Positions 1-12,400 of a stretch of DNA of 64,000 bases are shown here, one piece after another. Below the pieces are notes generated by a model, which did no database searches, was not told where the DNA came from, and saw only the letters and a list, made by a program, of their open reading frames with translations. Position 1 is the stretch's first letter. Every line of letters starts with the position of its first letter. Source of the DNA: Vicugna vicugna (taxonomy: Eukaryota); contig MU057865.1 of assembly GCA_013265495.1 (NCBI GenBank), forward strand, positions 868,001-932,000. Reading direction: 5' to 3'. The position numbers and the translations under genes were made by a program.

Positions 1-707
1 ATGTTAGGAAACTCTTCTGGTGTGTTCTGGGGGTGCGATCGGTGCAGTGGAAGTCCACAGAAAGCACAGCGCCATGCTAGTCACCAGTGCCCCCGGAGTG
101 TCCTCCTCCTCTCCACACAACCCAGGGGACAAGCGATCAGAGAAATTCTGCATACAGCTTTATGGCTTGCTTGCTCTTCAGACAATTTTCTTTCCCCTAA
201 TCTAGGGGGTGTGGGTGTTAGGACATCCCCTTTCATTGAACATTACACAGTTGAGTAAAAGGAGATTATGGAAAATTTGAGGAATACACTTGTTTTACTG
301 GCATTGTAACAGCTGTACTCATAAATACTCAGCCTCTTTCCCTCGGCTTCCAGTGGTCCAAGGTTGGCCTGGAGATGTTTTGCTAACATGCAGACTTGAG
401 AGCACGCACCTGCCCACGGCCTCACACTCCCTCTGCAGCCTTTTAGGAGGGCTGGTGACAATGCCACTCCTGGGCACACAGCCCTTGTTTTACTCTTCCT
501 AGAGCATGCTGTTTTGACCTCTGCCAAACTACTAGAAAGCGAACGGCTTAGGTTTATCCCGAAGCCAGCTGTCTCTGTGGGTTACACAGTGTGCCATTCT
601 GAGATTCCCCCAGGAACTGGAATGAAATTGGGTGATATTTCCAGAGAATGATTCCTGACTTTCAGACTTTCAGCCTTTGTATGTCTCTCAGCTTCACACT
701 TTCTCAT

Positions 708-740
708 ACCACACACCCACGCACACATACACGCACGCGC

Positions 741-770
<30 letters not shown>
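708..770. repeat. (CA)n microsatellite with CG interruptions
   Basis: Directly visible CA run. Confidence 0.95.
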
Positions 771-771
<1 letters not shown>

Positions 772-885
772 ATAAGAGAGCCTCTCTTCAGTACCAGGTC
801 TGGAGGACCAGGGGTGCTGCTGTGAAGGCTGCTTGTTTACAGAGACAAAACATGTGCGAGGATTAAACCTGAATGTTGGATAATA

Positions 886-912
886 AAACAAACAAACAAA
901 CAAACAAACAAA
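886..912. repeat. (AAAC)n microsatellite
   Basis: Directly visible. Confidence 0.9.
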
Positions 913-1559
913 GACAGCCCTGAATTCCATATATCTCTCATATCACTCTCAGTCTTTTAAAGTCATGTATGCCATGTCATGCAAAGTTTGAAAGCTACTT
1001 CCCATCATAGCACATCATACCTCCACGCTGGGAATATGATGGGATGGTTCTGAGTGTTGATGGGGCTGGAAGAAGGAGAGGTGGGCAGGGTAATCATAAA
1101 AAAATAAGTAAATAAAAGGAGAGGTCATCTCCAATTTATAGACAAGAAAGAAAATTCAAGCATGGTTACTGACTTGTCTCAGCTCTAAATGAAATAAAAT
1201 GGATATCTAGATTTCCAACCACATCTCCTGCATCTGTTTCAGTGCTACATCCAGTGCCTGTCATTTTGTCTTCGGTAACGGTGTGAAGTTGCCAAAGACA
1301 AAGCCTTGTGCTCCCAGGCTGCCTTGATTTTGCTGTCCTCTCCTCCCTTCCACAGGGACCCTTTTCCCAGGTGACCCTGCCTCTCAGGATCGCTCGCTAT
1401 GAAAGCCAGGGATAAACTCGTCAGGCACAAGGGCAAGGAAATGACAAACTAGCATGCTTCTGCTCCCAAGAGTCCAACCACACGGCTCTTAAGTAGTTTC
1501 TTTAAAATGCCGAAAGGCTTACAGCCTTTGCAAATACCCTTTGTTCCCCCAGGGCACGT

Positions 1560-1902
1560 TCCTCCTGTGTTTCCCCTGCGTGTTGACTGCTCTGCTTTGG
1601 GGGCTCAGCTCAAATTGCATTCCCTCAAATGGGCTAGCCTTCACCCCACATCCAAGTTAGACATGGTAGTTACTACTCCCCACACAGCACACCGGGGAAT
1701 TTTGTTCTTAGTTCCCGGGACTCTTCAGCATTGTGTGTTCGGTTACTTGTTTTCTGAATGTCTGGTCCTGCTCGCATGTCCCACCAGGACAATAGAAACC
1801 ACCCCTGGTTTTTGTTGTTGCTACATCTTACCTGGCTAGTATAATGCCAGGTAAACTGTAGGATTTCAGTGATTTTTGAATAAATGAGTTAGTGAATCAA
1901 TA
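1560..1902 (+). mobile_element. L2 LINE 3' fragment (ancient)
   Basis: Pyrimidine-rich body ending in degenerate L2 terminus '...tagtataatgccaggtaaactgtagg...ttttgaataaatgagttagtgaat'. Confidence 0.5.
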
Positions 1903-2399
1903 AAGGAGCTCTTGTCCTTCATCACTGGCTGAAGCCCCTTTCTCTGTTTTCCATTCGCACTTGCTCGCTAGGTGCTGCCTTTTAAGAGAGGACTTCTTTT
2001 TAATCTCAGCAAATTAAATGATGAGTCTGGCCCAAGGCTTGGTGTAAAAGATCTAAATCACTTCTATGAGATAAACATGGCTCTAAATGACAGCCAGAAC
2101 TCCAGATGGCCATGGTGTCATGGACTTCAGGATGAGGGGAAGAACATACATGTTGGGTGGCTCATGAGAGACTACGAAGGAGGTGGCAGAAGACGGACAT
2201 CTCCACCACACCCCCTCTTCCTTGCAGGAAATGTTTCCTCTACAAGCTTAATTGTGTGATTCCAGTAGGACTTCAATCCCGTGCCCCTGGGCTTACTTCT
2301 GCTCTGTGATTCACGAACTATCACTCATAGTGTCCTCCTCAGTTATCAGGTTGGATTTTTTTCAGTGTCCTTTTTATACATATTTTCCCAGTTTAGAGC

Positions 2400-2740
2400 T
2401 GGAAGATCAGAGGCCTTATCTTGAGGGTCAAGGAGTTGAAAGGAGGTGAAGCCTGAGCTATCTGCAGTCCTGGACCCCATTGCCTAAGAAATGCTTTCTT
2501 ATAATAGGAGATAAACTAGGTAGAGATAAGATGGGTGAGTGGGAGGATCAGAGAGAGTGAGAGAATGAACACGAGAGAGACGGGGTGTGATGGTATCATC
2601 TGAGCTGGTGAGCCCAGCGAGCCAGAGCCTAATTCAGGCTCAGGCCGTCTGGTTATGGATGTCAGTAAATGTCCTTTGTTGTCTGTTTACCTTTGTTGAA
2701 GCTAGTTTCAGCAGTGCTTCTATTCCTTGCAACTGAGTAA
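2400..2740 (+). mobile_element. MaLR (MLT1-type) LTR fragment
   Basis: 3' end 'ttgaagctagtttcagcagtgcttctattccttgcaactgag' resembles old MLT1 LTR termini; AG-rich middle. Confidence 0.45.
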
Positions 2741-3129
2741 TAAAGTTGTCGAGGTATTTGTCAATTGGATAATTAGATGACTGATTTATAGGCAGGATAA
2801 AAGTAATAAAGTAAGTAATACAGAAAAAAACAATGGAGTGTGTTCCGAATAGAAGACCAAGATCACAGTCCCCAAGAGGAAGTTCTTACTTCTCTGATCA
2901 TCTAACTGCCACCATCATCCTCTGGCTCTGCATCCTCCCCCGGTACCTCACCAGCACTTGGAACAATATCTTGAATGTGGTGAGGAACTTAATGTTTGAC
3001 GGCTGAATGGATGAATTTTGGAAATAAGCAAAGTAATAGATAACTGTTGGTTTGTAACACTGTTTTCAGGTTCTGGGTTCTGAGAGCTAGGATGCAAGAA
3101 ATAACCACAACAAAATGCACAAAGGCTTT

Positions 3130-3330
3130 AGGATCAGACAGATATGCATCCAGGTACTGCCCCCTTGGTTCACTAGACTTACTCACTTGAACAGTTCCAT
3201 TTGCCTCTTCTCTAAAGTGAGCACAGTGAAATCCAGACTCAAAGGGTTGAGTCTAGTGTGGGTTTTATGAGATAATTTAATGAGATGAAATGCTTCTAGA
3301 AATGCCTGGCTCATAATAAGTATCAAAGAA
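3130..3330 (+). mobile_element. MIR SINE
   Basis: Core-like 'ttgcctcttctctaaagtgag...ggttttatgagataatttaatgagatgaaatgc...aatgcctggctcataataagtatcaa'. Confidence 0.6.
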
Positions 3331-3456
3331 AAGTCAGGTGACGTCCTAGAATTCTTGAGGGGCAGTCTTCCCAATCCACTTGGCCAGGCAGGTGTCCTCC
3401 TTGTCAGATCTCGGGTAGATGGTTACCATGCCTCTGCTAAACTATAGTCAGTGCTG

Positions 3457-3790
3457 CAAGGGATTACTCTATATGACACTATAGTGGTGGCTACATGTCA
3501 TTATGCATTTGTCAAAACCCATAGAAAGTACAACATTAAGAGTGAACCCTAATGTAAACTATGGACTTTGGTTGATAATAATGTGCCCATGTCGGCTCAT
3601 CGATTGTACCAAATACACCACACTGGTGAGGGATGCTGAGGGTAGGGGAGTATGGATGTGTGGGTGGGGAGGGCTATGTGTGAACTCTCTGTATTTTCTG
3701 CTCAATTCTGCTGTGAACCAAATCTGAAGCTGGTCTAAAAGAATAAAGTCTACTAAAAAAAACTAATAAAATTTTAAAAAGAATAAATAT
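3457..3790 (+). mobile_element. L1MC-type LINE-1 3' end with A/TA tail
   Basis: Diagnostic 'gtcaaaacccatagaa...agagtgaaccctaatgtaaactatggactttggttgataat'; AATAAA plus A-tail; candidate TSD tatagtcagtgctg (3443-3456) / tatattcagtgctg (3802-3815). Confidence 0.85.
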
Positions 3791-4309
3791 ATATATATAT
3801 ATATATTCAGTGCTGGGTAGACCCCTGCTTCCTGTTCCATGTTTGGACAGCTAGAGGCGCCTTGTCTTATGTACATTAGAATGGCTTTTGGTCCTTTTAA
3901 CTTTTACCCATTGTTTCTAAGTAAGCTGTACAGACACATGGCTATCAGTCAGGATGTCTACTATAGGAGCTTCATTTTGAGAGCGACAGGGTGAGTTATG
4001 AATTTTAGTACAATCAGTCTTTCTCTTGGATGTTGTTAAATCGGTGAAGGAATGAACAATTTTGAGAATAGTTCTTGGGTTAATTTTTTTCCCTTAAATT
4101 CAAAAGATGAAAAATATGTGTAAGGATTTGACTGTAATTTGGATGCAGGGTATAAATCTTTGAATTATGTTTTTGTCATAAGTCAGAAGGAAAAAAATGC
4201 CATCTATATTTTCATTTATTTTCATCAATCCTCTGAAAATTAGCATGTTTTTCCAAGGTTTTATTTTCTAATTTGGATTTATAGGCTGAGATTTAGAAAA
4301 TTTTCTGAA

Positions 4310-4665
4310 AATAAGCTTCAAAGTCCTTACAGAGACCTACAACGTCCTATGTGATCGGTCCCCTCCGTTCCCTCTCTGACCTCCCTTGTTCACCCCGCTC
4401 CAGTCCCCCGTCCCCTTGCTGCTTCTCAGCTTTCCAACCTTTAAATATGCCGCCTGTAATCTTTTCCCTTTCTTTCTGCCCATCTTTTTCCCTTTTGTGA
4501 TCCATTGAATGGTTCAACTCTATGACCTACATAGATCCCTTAGTATGTTTATTGTTAACAGCCATTTCCCTTTGCTTGAATATCAGCTCTTCAGGGGTGG
4601 AACTCTACCTTTTTTGCTCTCTGGTTTAACCCAAGAAGGGCTCAATGAGTGAACGAATGAATGAA
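4310..4665 (+). mobile_element. L2 LINE 3' fragment
   Basis: 'aagtccttacagagacctacaacgtcctatgtgatc...ctctctgacctc' and terminal 'ctcaatgagtgaacgaatgaatgaa'. Confidence 0.65.
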
Positions 4666-5226
4666 CGCATACATGCAGGAAAGGAGGGGGGAGAAAGAGG
4701 CCGTCAGCTCTCCTCCCCAGGGGCAGTTCATTCCCCTCTGTTGAGGGATGGTCTCCACCCACTCAGCGAGGCCACAGAACCATGACGAATAGAGAGCAGA
4801 ATGAGACACTTCAGAAGATGTGGCAGAGGCTTGAGCAGGGGGGAGATTCAGACTCAGACCTGGCAGGCAGGAGGTCAGGAGCCGTCAGCAGGAAGGAATG
4901 CCTGGTTTTCCCCATGGAAGTGTCAACCATGCCTCCACTCCCAAACCCAGTCACTCAGAGAACCACTGACCACGAGAATCAACTTGAGAACCTAGCTTGC
5001 TGCCTCTGAACCAGCACGCTGAGACCAGATCTTTGTCCGGATTGGTACCATTTGAGATATCCCAGGAAACTAACTAGATGATATTGGTTGGATATACTAT
5101 GGATTCCATGCTTTGCCTACAAGCCAAACCAGCCTTCCCGTTCTGTGACATCAGCCAGTCTCTGCAGACAGCCAGGCCAGTTTCTCTTGGCTGTTTCTTC
5201 AGCATTATCACTGCGCTCTGTAAACT

Positions 5227-5323
5227 AAAAATAAAATAAAATAAAATAAAATAAAATAAAATAAAATAAAATAAAATAAAATAAAATAAAATAAAGCAAA
5301 ACAAAACAAAATAAAATAAAAAT
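5227..5323. repeat. (TAAAA)n pentanucleotide microsatellite with a CAAAA block
   Basis: Directly visible. Confidence 0.95.
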
Positions 5324-5597
5324 AGCTGAACCCTGTAAGAGTACTGTACCTTGCGTTCAGTACTCAGTGACACGTAGGCGTGCACCTGCTTCAGTCAGAT
5401 CAGTTGACCTGCGTTGGCCAAAAACTATTGTAGAAGAATCTCTATCACTCTTTTCAGTTTTACCCTCAACTAACTTCCAAGCCTCAAACCATTTACTTTA
5501 AAAAAAAAATCGCTGGGTACTTTCAAAAGAATAAAAATGCAGGAGGGGAAGATACCACTTGCCATTTCTCATGCCTAATTACCCAGAAATCTCTAGT

Positions 5598-5845
5598 AAC
5601 GTCCCGCGTCCTTGCTGCAGGAGCGATGTGCGGTTTCAGGCTCCCCGGTTAGGAGGCTGGCTGTGCGGGGAACATGCCCTTGTGCGCTGCTGCTGCTTTT
5701 CCTCCGGTTGTCTCTCTCCTTCTTTTTAAATTCCATTTTCTCTTTTATGTATTATGCCTTTTTCCCACTTGGTCTTCATTTTTTCCCAAAATACTCGCGC
5801 ACACGTGCGTGTGTATGGGCATGTCTGGAACCTGTGGAGCCGAGC
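5598..5845. promoter_or_regulatory. Small CpG-retaining island, candidate promoter/enhancer
   Basis: Roughly 15 CpGs in ~250 bp against a CpG-depleted background; CACGTG E-box overlapping GCGTG at ~5802-5811; no repeat recognised. Confidence 0.4.
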
Positions 5846-5972
5846 AATTTAATAGAATTTCAAACTTGCCTTTGGAGATAGGGGCAGTTTTCCTGGGCAA
5901 AGAGGAAGCAATACAGCCTTAATGAAGTGGAGAGAGAGCACCAGTGAGGAATAAGATGGCTCAGATTACAAG

Positions 5973-6207
5973 TTTTATTTTATATATACATATATATGTA
6001 TTTTATTTTATATATACATATATATGTATTTTATTTTATATATACATATATATGTGTTTTATTTTATATATATGTGTTTTATTTTATATATGTGTGTGTT
6101 TTATTTTATATATACATATATATGTGTTTTATTTTATATATACATATATATGTATTTTATTTTATATATACATATATATGTGTTTTATTTTATATATACG
6201 TATATAT
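5973..6207. repeat. AT-rich minisatellite, 28-bp unit TTTTATTTTATATATACATATATATGTR, 9 units (units 4 and 5 shortened to 20 and 22 bp)
   Basis: Units start at 5973, 6001, 6029, 6057, 6077, 6099, 6127, 6155, 6183. Confidence 0.95.
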
Positions 6208-6639
6208 CCAGAATCTGCCCCCAAAATGTTTCCATAAATACCACATAACCCCATCACTCACCAAACAAAAGCAGAACAGAACGAAGTTTCCCAAAATGAC
6301 AGGCAAAGTGACTGCAATGTGTCTCAGGTTGGAGTTTCGCTTTATTCATAGGAAGCATTAATGCGGACCTTCAACAGAGGTAAATGGGCTGATGTTAACC
6401 ACTTTTGACCATCCTCTCTATAGGGTTTCAAATAATTGAATAGCTGTTTAACAAAACTGGTATTTTGATGCAATAACAAAGGTGAGATCATTCTGGAGAG
6501 GAGAAAGAGGAGAGAGGCAAGGATCTATGAGAAGTTACAAAGGCCTTCCTAAAACTGTGAGATGCAGTGTTTAGAACTATTCTGATGGATATTTGACCCC
6601 AACACAGAGCAGACATTGAGTGAATATGTGTTGATTAAA

Positions 6640-6722
6640 TGGAAGGAAGAGGGAGGAAGGAGGGAGGGAGGGAAGGAACAAAGGAAGGAAAGGGAAAAGA
6701 AAGAGAGAGAAACGGAGGGAAA
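6640..6722. repeat. Purine-rich (GGAA/GGGA) low-complexity tract following an L2-like tail
   Basis: Directly visible; preceded by 'acacagagcagacattgagtgaatatgtgttgattaaatg'. Confidence 0.7.
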
Positions 6723-7409
6723 GACCCTGTTTTCATTTCCTCTGAGCTGTTTCAATGTGCAGTAAAGTACTGTGTTGCTTCTGGAGGAAAAAAAAAAAAC
6801 CTGTAAGAGTAGTTTTTCAGAAGAGAACCCTGAAATTCCAGACTGCTGTGACTGTCCAGATTCCTTTATCATGTCCCCCAAACATCAACATCTGATCCAC
6901 TAGTTAAAATTAAGCCCCCAGGCTGGAGACTAAGCAGGGGGTCATAGGAGAAGTGCATTGTGTTACAGAAGGATCTGGAGTAAGATCTGGACACATATTT
7001 TTTTCCCAGTGGAGAACCCCACGACCTTATGGGCAGGGAACGGTACATGAGAAGAATACTGAATTTGGAGTTCACTGAGTTTGAATTAAAAATCTGTTAT
7101 CGACATATTTCCACTTCCTTGGCCTCCAATTTCCATGCTTAACCCCCGACCTATTACCCCGTGTTCTCTGAGGACCATCTGGGTGTACTCACCTCAGGGA
7201 GTTCTCTGCTATTCTCAAGTCCACTTGCCCTCAGAGGGTGTGCTCTGTTTTGCTCTCATGCATACGATGGACAGGGAAGGTTGTGGTCGTCCACCTGTGC
7301 CAGCGACTCGGGGGTGGGGCAAACCAACGACTCCTTACTAGAGTCCGTTTTGATCTCAAGTCCAAAAAATCCTCTCCAAACTCACTTCATGGTCTACACT
7401 ACAATTTAT

Positions 7410-7575
7410 TATTAAGTCCTTGGGTAAACTACTAAACTTGTTATTTTTTTCTACAAAATAAAAAGATATTTTTAAGCTATAAAAGATTGTTGTGAAGATA
7501 AAAAAATATATAGCAATGGTTATAAAATGCCTAATTCAGTGCCTGACACATTATATGTCCTTTATAAGTGGCAGC
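7410..7575 (+). mobile_element. MIR SINE 3' part
   Basis: 'aagattgttgtgaagataaaa...aaaatgcctaattcagtgcctgacacattatatgtcc'. Confidence 0.55.
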
Positions 7576-9477
7576 TGAAACGGGAGCTCCAACCATGACT
7601 CTTGTACGAAGTATTCAATAAATAGATGTTAATTCACTTCTGTCAAATATGGTGCCCAAGAATAAATCAGGTAGGAAGGCGAGATTTTGTAAAGTGTCCT
7701 TCTAATCTTAATTACTTTTTTATGTAACTTACCCCCCACTAACCCCGCAAACCTGAAGCAATATAGGATAAGCAATGTGTTAATTTAGGCGTTTTTGGTG
7801 ACATTGATTAATGCAGAAAGATATTTCTCACTAATTACAGATAGAACCCCCTCATTTGAACTCAATAACAGTTTTAATTAAAATTCTTAGTCTCCCAAAG
7901 CATGGCTCCCTTAACCTGGTTTAATTATTCTGTAGATCGTGCCTATGACCTTGCATTAATTCACATGGTGCTAAACATGTTTCTCTATTTGTCTGGCTAT
8001 GTGCTATTACAGAGGAATTTCATATTTTAGCTAAAATCAATATTAACCAAAGATGCCAGCTGATTAATTGGGCTGAGAGATGTATCACACAGGCACTTAA
8101 AATGCAAATAAATGGTGGGCTTTAATGATGAATATTTAATAATAATGTGGAAGATTTCAGCTTGTTCATAATTTTCATTAAATGTGAATGTGTTCACTAT
8201 ATGCCGCTTAAATACTTCAGTATCGGAAGGCAGTCTTCTTTGAAGGATTTTGCAACCTGTGTTATTTCAAGATGGCACACAAATCAAATATCAGTTCTGT
8301 ATCAAAATTTAAAATGAGCACACCACATTTTAAACTTTTAAATGAGTGTAAACATATCTACTCTGCAGGTACATAAATATATATACAAGAAGGTTTCACA
8401 GAGGATTATTTGTGATAAAGAAACCTGAAAATTACCTGAATGTCTATCCGTGGTATGCATATTTATAACAGGCAAACATATATGGACATTCATGAAACCT
8501 TGCTCATGGTACGCTGGGCAGCATTGCAGATGGGTTACAGAGCTGAGAAGAGGAACAGTGCGTGTTATAAGGATGCAATCTGCTTACTCACGGATGCAGG
8601 ACTTAAGAAAAGTGAAGCAATAGCGCAGGAAAGGAGCAGACACAGCCTGCCTTGGTGAGTTTGCTGCTTGCTCTGGGTTTCTGCTTGCTTTCCCTATGAG
8701 GGGAGCCATTCTGATGATGGTGGAGGAGCTGAGTTCTTGTTGTGCTATTGATTTTGTATCTCCTCGTTTCTGTCCCCATTCCAGAACTCAGACGAATAAT
8801 CTATACCTTCTGCTTAGGTAATGTCTACAATATTGGGCTCTACTGATCTTGATCTGAGATCAACACCAGCAAGACCACTTCCCTGTCAAAGAAACAAAAA
8901 TAGGATGGTGCCCAGATGTCCTTACTCTCTGGTGTCCCAGAAGGCCTGAATCTCCTAAAATGATTTTAAAAGTAAAAATAAGAATAAAAAGAGAAAGGCA
9001 TAATCAAATGATAGAAAGTAGTCATTGCAAAAGGAATAGAAGCAAATACATAAAAACACTAGGAAAGTGCTAATTTCATACTAAGCTATGTTTTCTTTCT
9101 TCCGTTTTTTGGTATATTCCAAGTGTGTTTTTTTAATTATGCATGTATATCTTATTAACAGACTCTGGTATTAGTTAAAGTTAACACACTCGACCAAAAT
9201 CAGTAGAGTCCTTAACAAGTTTTCCTGCAATAGAGTCAAAAATATTAAAACCACTGATTCCTGTGAAAAAAGTAAAAAAAAAAAAGAACAAAAGAATGAA
9301 TATATCATTCACCTAATTTATATAATAGTGACCTAATTGTTTTAAAGATAAGCCAGCTTAGCTTAAATTGAGCAAAGAGGCTGGGCATTACCCATATCTC
9401 TCTTTCAATTTCACAAGCTCTTCTGCCACAGCTATGCATACATCTGGGTGCACCCACAGTAAAGGGAAAAACTACAT

Positions 9478-9501
9478 ACACACACACACACACACACACA
9501 C
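9478..9501. repeat. (CA)n microsatellite
   Basis: Directly visible. Confidence 0.9.
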
Positions 9502-9791
9502 TATAATATACGGTAAATCTGTATTAACATAAAAATCGATTGATGGCGAATTAAAAAACAGCCTCTTTCTAACTGTGAAACTGCATTTGTACGTTTCAGG
9601 CTTTCTCTTATTTTTAAGACAAAATCCTTTCACTGTGAAGATATGATTTAATTACCTAGAACCTATCAGAACATCTATTAAGGAAACGTTCTCAAAAACA
9701 ATGCAATGAATGCTTTCAAATCTCATCTGCCCCCTAACTAGCATAGCACATTTTAGGAAAAAGTAAATGGGAAGTGGTTTAAAAGAGTGGG

Positions 9792-9978
9792 TTCAAAATT
9801 GTAGAATAGATAAACAAGATTACACTGTATAGCACAGGGAAATATACACAAGATCTTATGGTAATTCACAGAGAAAAAAATGTAACAATGAATATATATA
9901 TGTTCATGTGTAACTGAAAAATTGTGCTCTACATTGGAATTTGACACAACACTGTAAAATGATTACAAATCAATAAAA

Positions 9979-10032
<54 letters not shown>
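9792..10032 (+). mobile_element. Young lineage-specific L1, 5'-truncated 3'UTR with (TAAA)n tail
   Basis: Near-identical to L1 3' ends at 11.2, 41.4 and 51.8 kb; TSD aaaagagtggg (9781-9791) / aaaatagtggg (~10032-10042) at a TT/AAAA endonuclease site. Confidence 0.92.
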
Positions 10033-10033
<1 letters not shown>

Positions 10034-11011
10034 AATAGTGGGCAATTTCATGGCACACTTGCCCCGCTCACTGTCCATGCTATACACTTATTTTGAAATC
10101 TGGAGTTCGTACATGAGATATATTAGAAGAAAAAACATTCCATTAGCATTGCTTTGAAATTTGTAGTTAAACTAAACAATGTAGGACTAATATATTAAAT
10201 AATAAAATTATAAGTAATATTATTATAAGGTAATACAATTATCTCTAAATGACACATTTAGCTTTATTATTCTATGTACAGACAGAAAACAAGATGACAC
10301 CTAAAAAAAAAACTGTAATTACTTGGAATACGAGCAGGTGGTTCTTGGTTATCATAAAAAAGAAAATTACAAAGCTTTGAATCTGTTTTGCATTGCCACG
10401 TTCTTCCATGCTTTGTTTTTAGCTTAGTCTGGCTCCAAGCATGTCGCAGATCCTATCACAAATTCATTGTTGAAGAATGTAGTATCTTTATACAGAACTC
10501 TAGTCTTTCTTATAATCATTTTTTTTTCCTAAGTCTTTTGACACCATCTTTTAATAATCTCTCTTGGACTTCCAGGTCAGTATTTTTCACAATTATCAGT
10601 GAGCAGGATGAAAAATACTAAGCTCTGGAAAAAAAATTCTAATGGAGTATTTTCCCATTTCTGCTTTTCAGGCACCTTATCAATGCTCTGAGTTTTTCCC
10701 CCAAATAACTAATCTTGATTATTTATAAATTCATTTGTTTCCCTATGATGTAATCCACTTGGTTTTGGGACTTTGGAATTATTTAAAGCAATCATCTATG
10801 ACGCCCTTTCAAAGTTTCTGAGCTTTCAATTTCCTCTTCATTAAGCCTATCTTATCCTTTTAAATGTGAGAATCCTTCTTTCTGTTGCCAATAATGGATG
10901 CAAAACAGAGAGTTTTTTTGGTTCTTGCTTCTCTGTGTAAAAATCTTATTGTGTCAAAGAATCCAAAGGTTATAAAAATTTATAGTCATGTGTTAAAAAT
11001 ATCCATGTTTT

Positions 11012-11420
11012 TGGATGCTCCTGGAGAATGTCATTCTAAGTGAAGTAAGCCAGAAAGAGGAAGAAAAATACCATATGAGATCATTCATATGTGGAATCTA
11101 AAAAACAAAAACAAAAACAAACAAACAAAGCATAAATACAAAACAGAAACAGACTTATAGACTTAGAATACAAACTTGTGGTTGCCAAGGGGGAAGAGGG
11201 TGGGAAGGGATAGATGGGGTTTCAAAATGTAGAATAGATAAACAAGATTATACTGTATAGCACAGGGAAATACACACAAGATCTTATGGTAGCTCACAGA
11301 GAACAAAAATGTGACAATGAATATATACATGTTCATGTACAACTGAAAAATTGTGCTCTACACTGGAATGTGACACAACATTGTAAAATGATTATAAATC
11401 AATAAAAATGTTAAAAAAAA
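11012..11420 (+). mobile_element. Young L1, end of ORF2 plus 3'UTR
   Basis: Encodes ORF2 C-terminus-like 'LENVILSEVSQKEEEKYHM'; G-rich 3'UTR tract; TSD atccatgtttt at 11001-11011 and 11421-11431. Confidence 0.95.
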
Positions 11421-11733
11421 ATCCATGTTTTACTCCAAAGCTTGTGATTTAATTATTCTGGCATTAGATTCAGGAATCTCTATTATCAACTACAATGTAT
11501 TCACAGACTTGTGACTTGGAACCAACGTAAGAACCAGGATAACTCAGATATTGCAGGGCATTATTGAAAACCTTTATGGAACAAGTGTAGTAACAAGGTA
11601 GCTCAGAGGACAGTTCACTGAAACAGGACCTGGTAGACTGTTATACTCATCCTTTTCCTGCTGAAAACAAATCATATCACCTAGCGAGCCTGGGAGTCTT
11701 CATTCCTAAAATTCTAGAATTGACGTAAATCAG

Positions 11734-12237
11734 TGTAGTGGACACTGTAGTTTGCCTGACACAATCCTACTCCCAATTTCCTTCTCCTTTGCTTATGTTT
11801 ACCAGAGAGGGTTTAATATTTGCTTTCCTGGCCTCCTCTTAATTTAGCAGTGGCTCCATGTCACTGCGTTGACCAACAGGACCTCAGAGAACCTCTATTG
11901 GAGAGATTCTTGGGGAAATGTTAGCTTTCCCAGGAAAAGGAAGCAGACTCCATTGCTTTCTCTTTCTCCTCTTTTCCTACCTTGAATGAGGACCCCACCT
12001 GTGGATTGCGGTCACCATACTGAGATGAGTCAAAGCATGAGGCAAAAGGTCTCTAGTTTAGGTAGGAGAGTGGAAAAGTCGCATGTACCTAGAGCCCTGA
12101 TTAAATTTCTGTATTATGGGACCAATGTCAGTGGCCGGCTACTTCCAGACTCCTTGGATAAGAAAAGTAAATGCTTCCAGGATAGAGTTTTTGTCAGTTG
12201 CCTATTCTGTTTCTTGCAACCGGAAGTGTTCTTCAAT
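11734..12237 (+). mobile_element. MaLR (old MLT1-type) solo LTR
   Basis: Begins 'tgtagtggacactgtagtttgcc'; ends '...ctattctgtttcttgcaaccggaagtgttctt', typical of MLT1. Confidence 0.65.
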
Positions 12238-12400
12238 CACTGTTTCTCAAACTGGACTGTTTATAGGGTAATTGTTCGAAATACAGTGCTCTGGGTCTGT
12301 GCTTAAGAGATTCCAGTATAGTGGTTTGGGATGAGAACCAACATCTGTGCTTTTAGCAAATATTCTAGGTGATCCCTAGGTCAGTGTTTCTCAAACTTTT
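12238..12400. mobile_element. MER5-like hAT-Charlie MITE fragment(s)
   Basis: TIR-like 'cactgtttctcaaact' and 'cagtgtttctcaaactt'; internal 'atctgtgcttttagcaaatattctaggtgat'. Confidence 0.65.

Noticed and set aside
1000..1044. 10-bp inverted repeat tcccatcata / tatgatggga
   Set aside because: Short isolated stem with a 25-nt loop; plausible by chance in 64 kb and without TSD evidence.
5339..5366. Hairpin GAGTACTG...CAGTACTC as a pre-miRNA or structured RNA
   Set aside because: The stem is only 8-10 bp, far too short, and matches no miRNA I recall.
5670..5827. p53 half-sites GAACATGCCC (~5670) and GGGCATGTCT (~5817)
   Set aside because: They are isolated half-sites ~140 bp apart, not a paired response element.
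5612..5922. Hydrophobic ORFs resembling a signal-peptide exon (CPCALLLLFLR; LCLFPT)
   Set aside because: The first has no ATG before the hydrophobic stretch, I see no good donor or recognisable homology, and T-rich composition explains the hydrophobicity.
5973..6207. Regularly spaced ~28-bp repeats as a CRISPR-like array
   Set aside because: Units are contiguous with no unique spacers, there are no cas genes, and the DNA is mammalian; it is a minisatellite. The overlapping Y/I/F-rich ORFs are repeat artefacts.
11188..11220. G-quadruplex-forming G-rich tract
   Set aside because: It is the standard G-rich tract of L1 3'UTRs, not a locus-specific feature.
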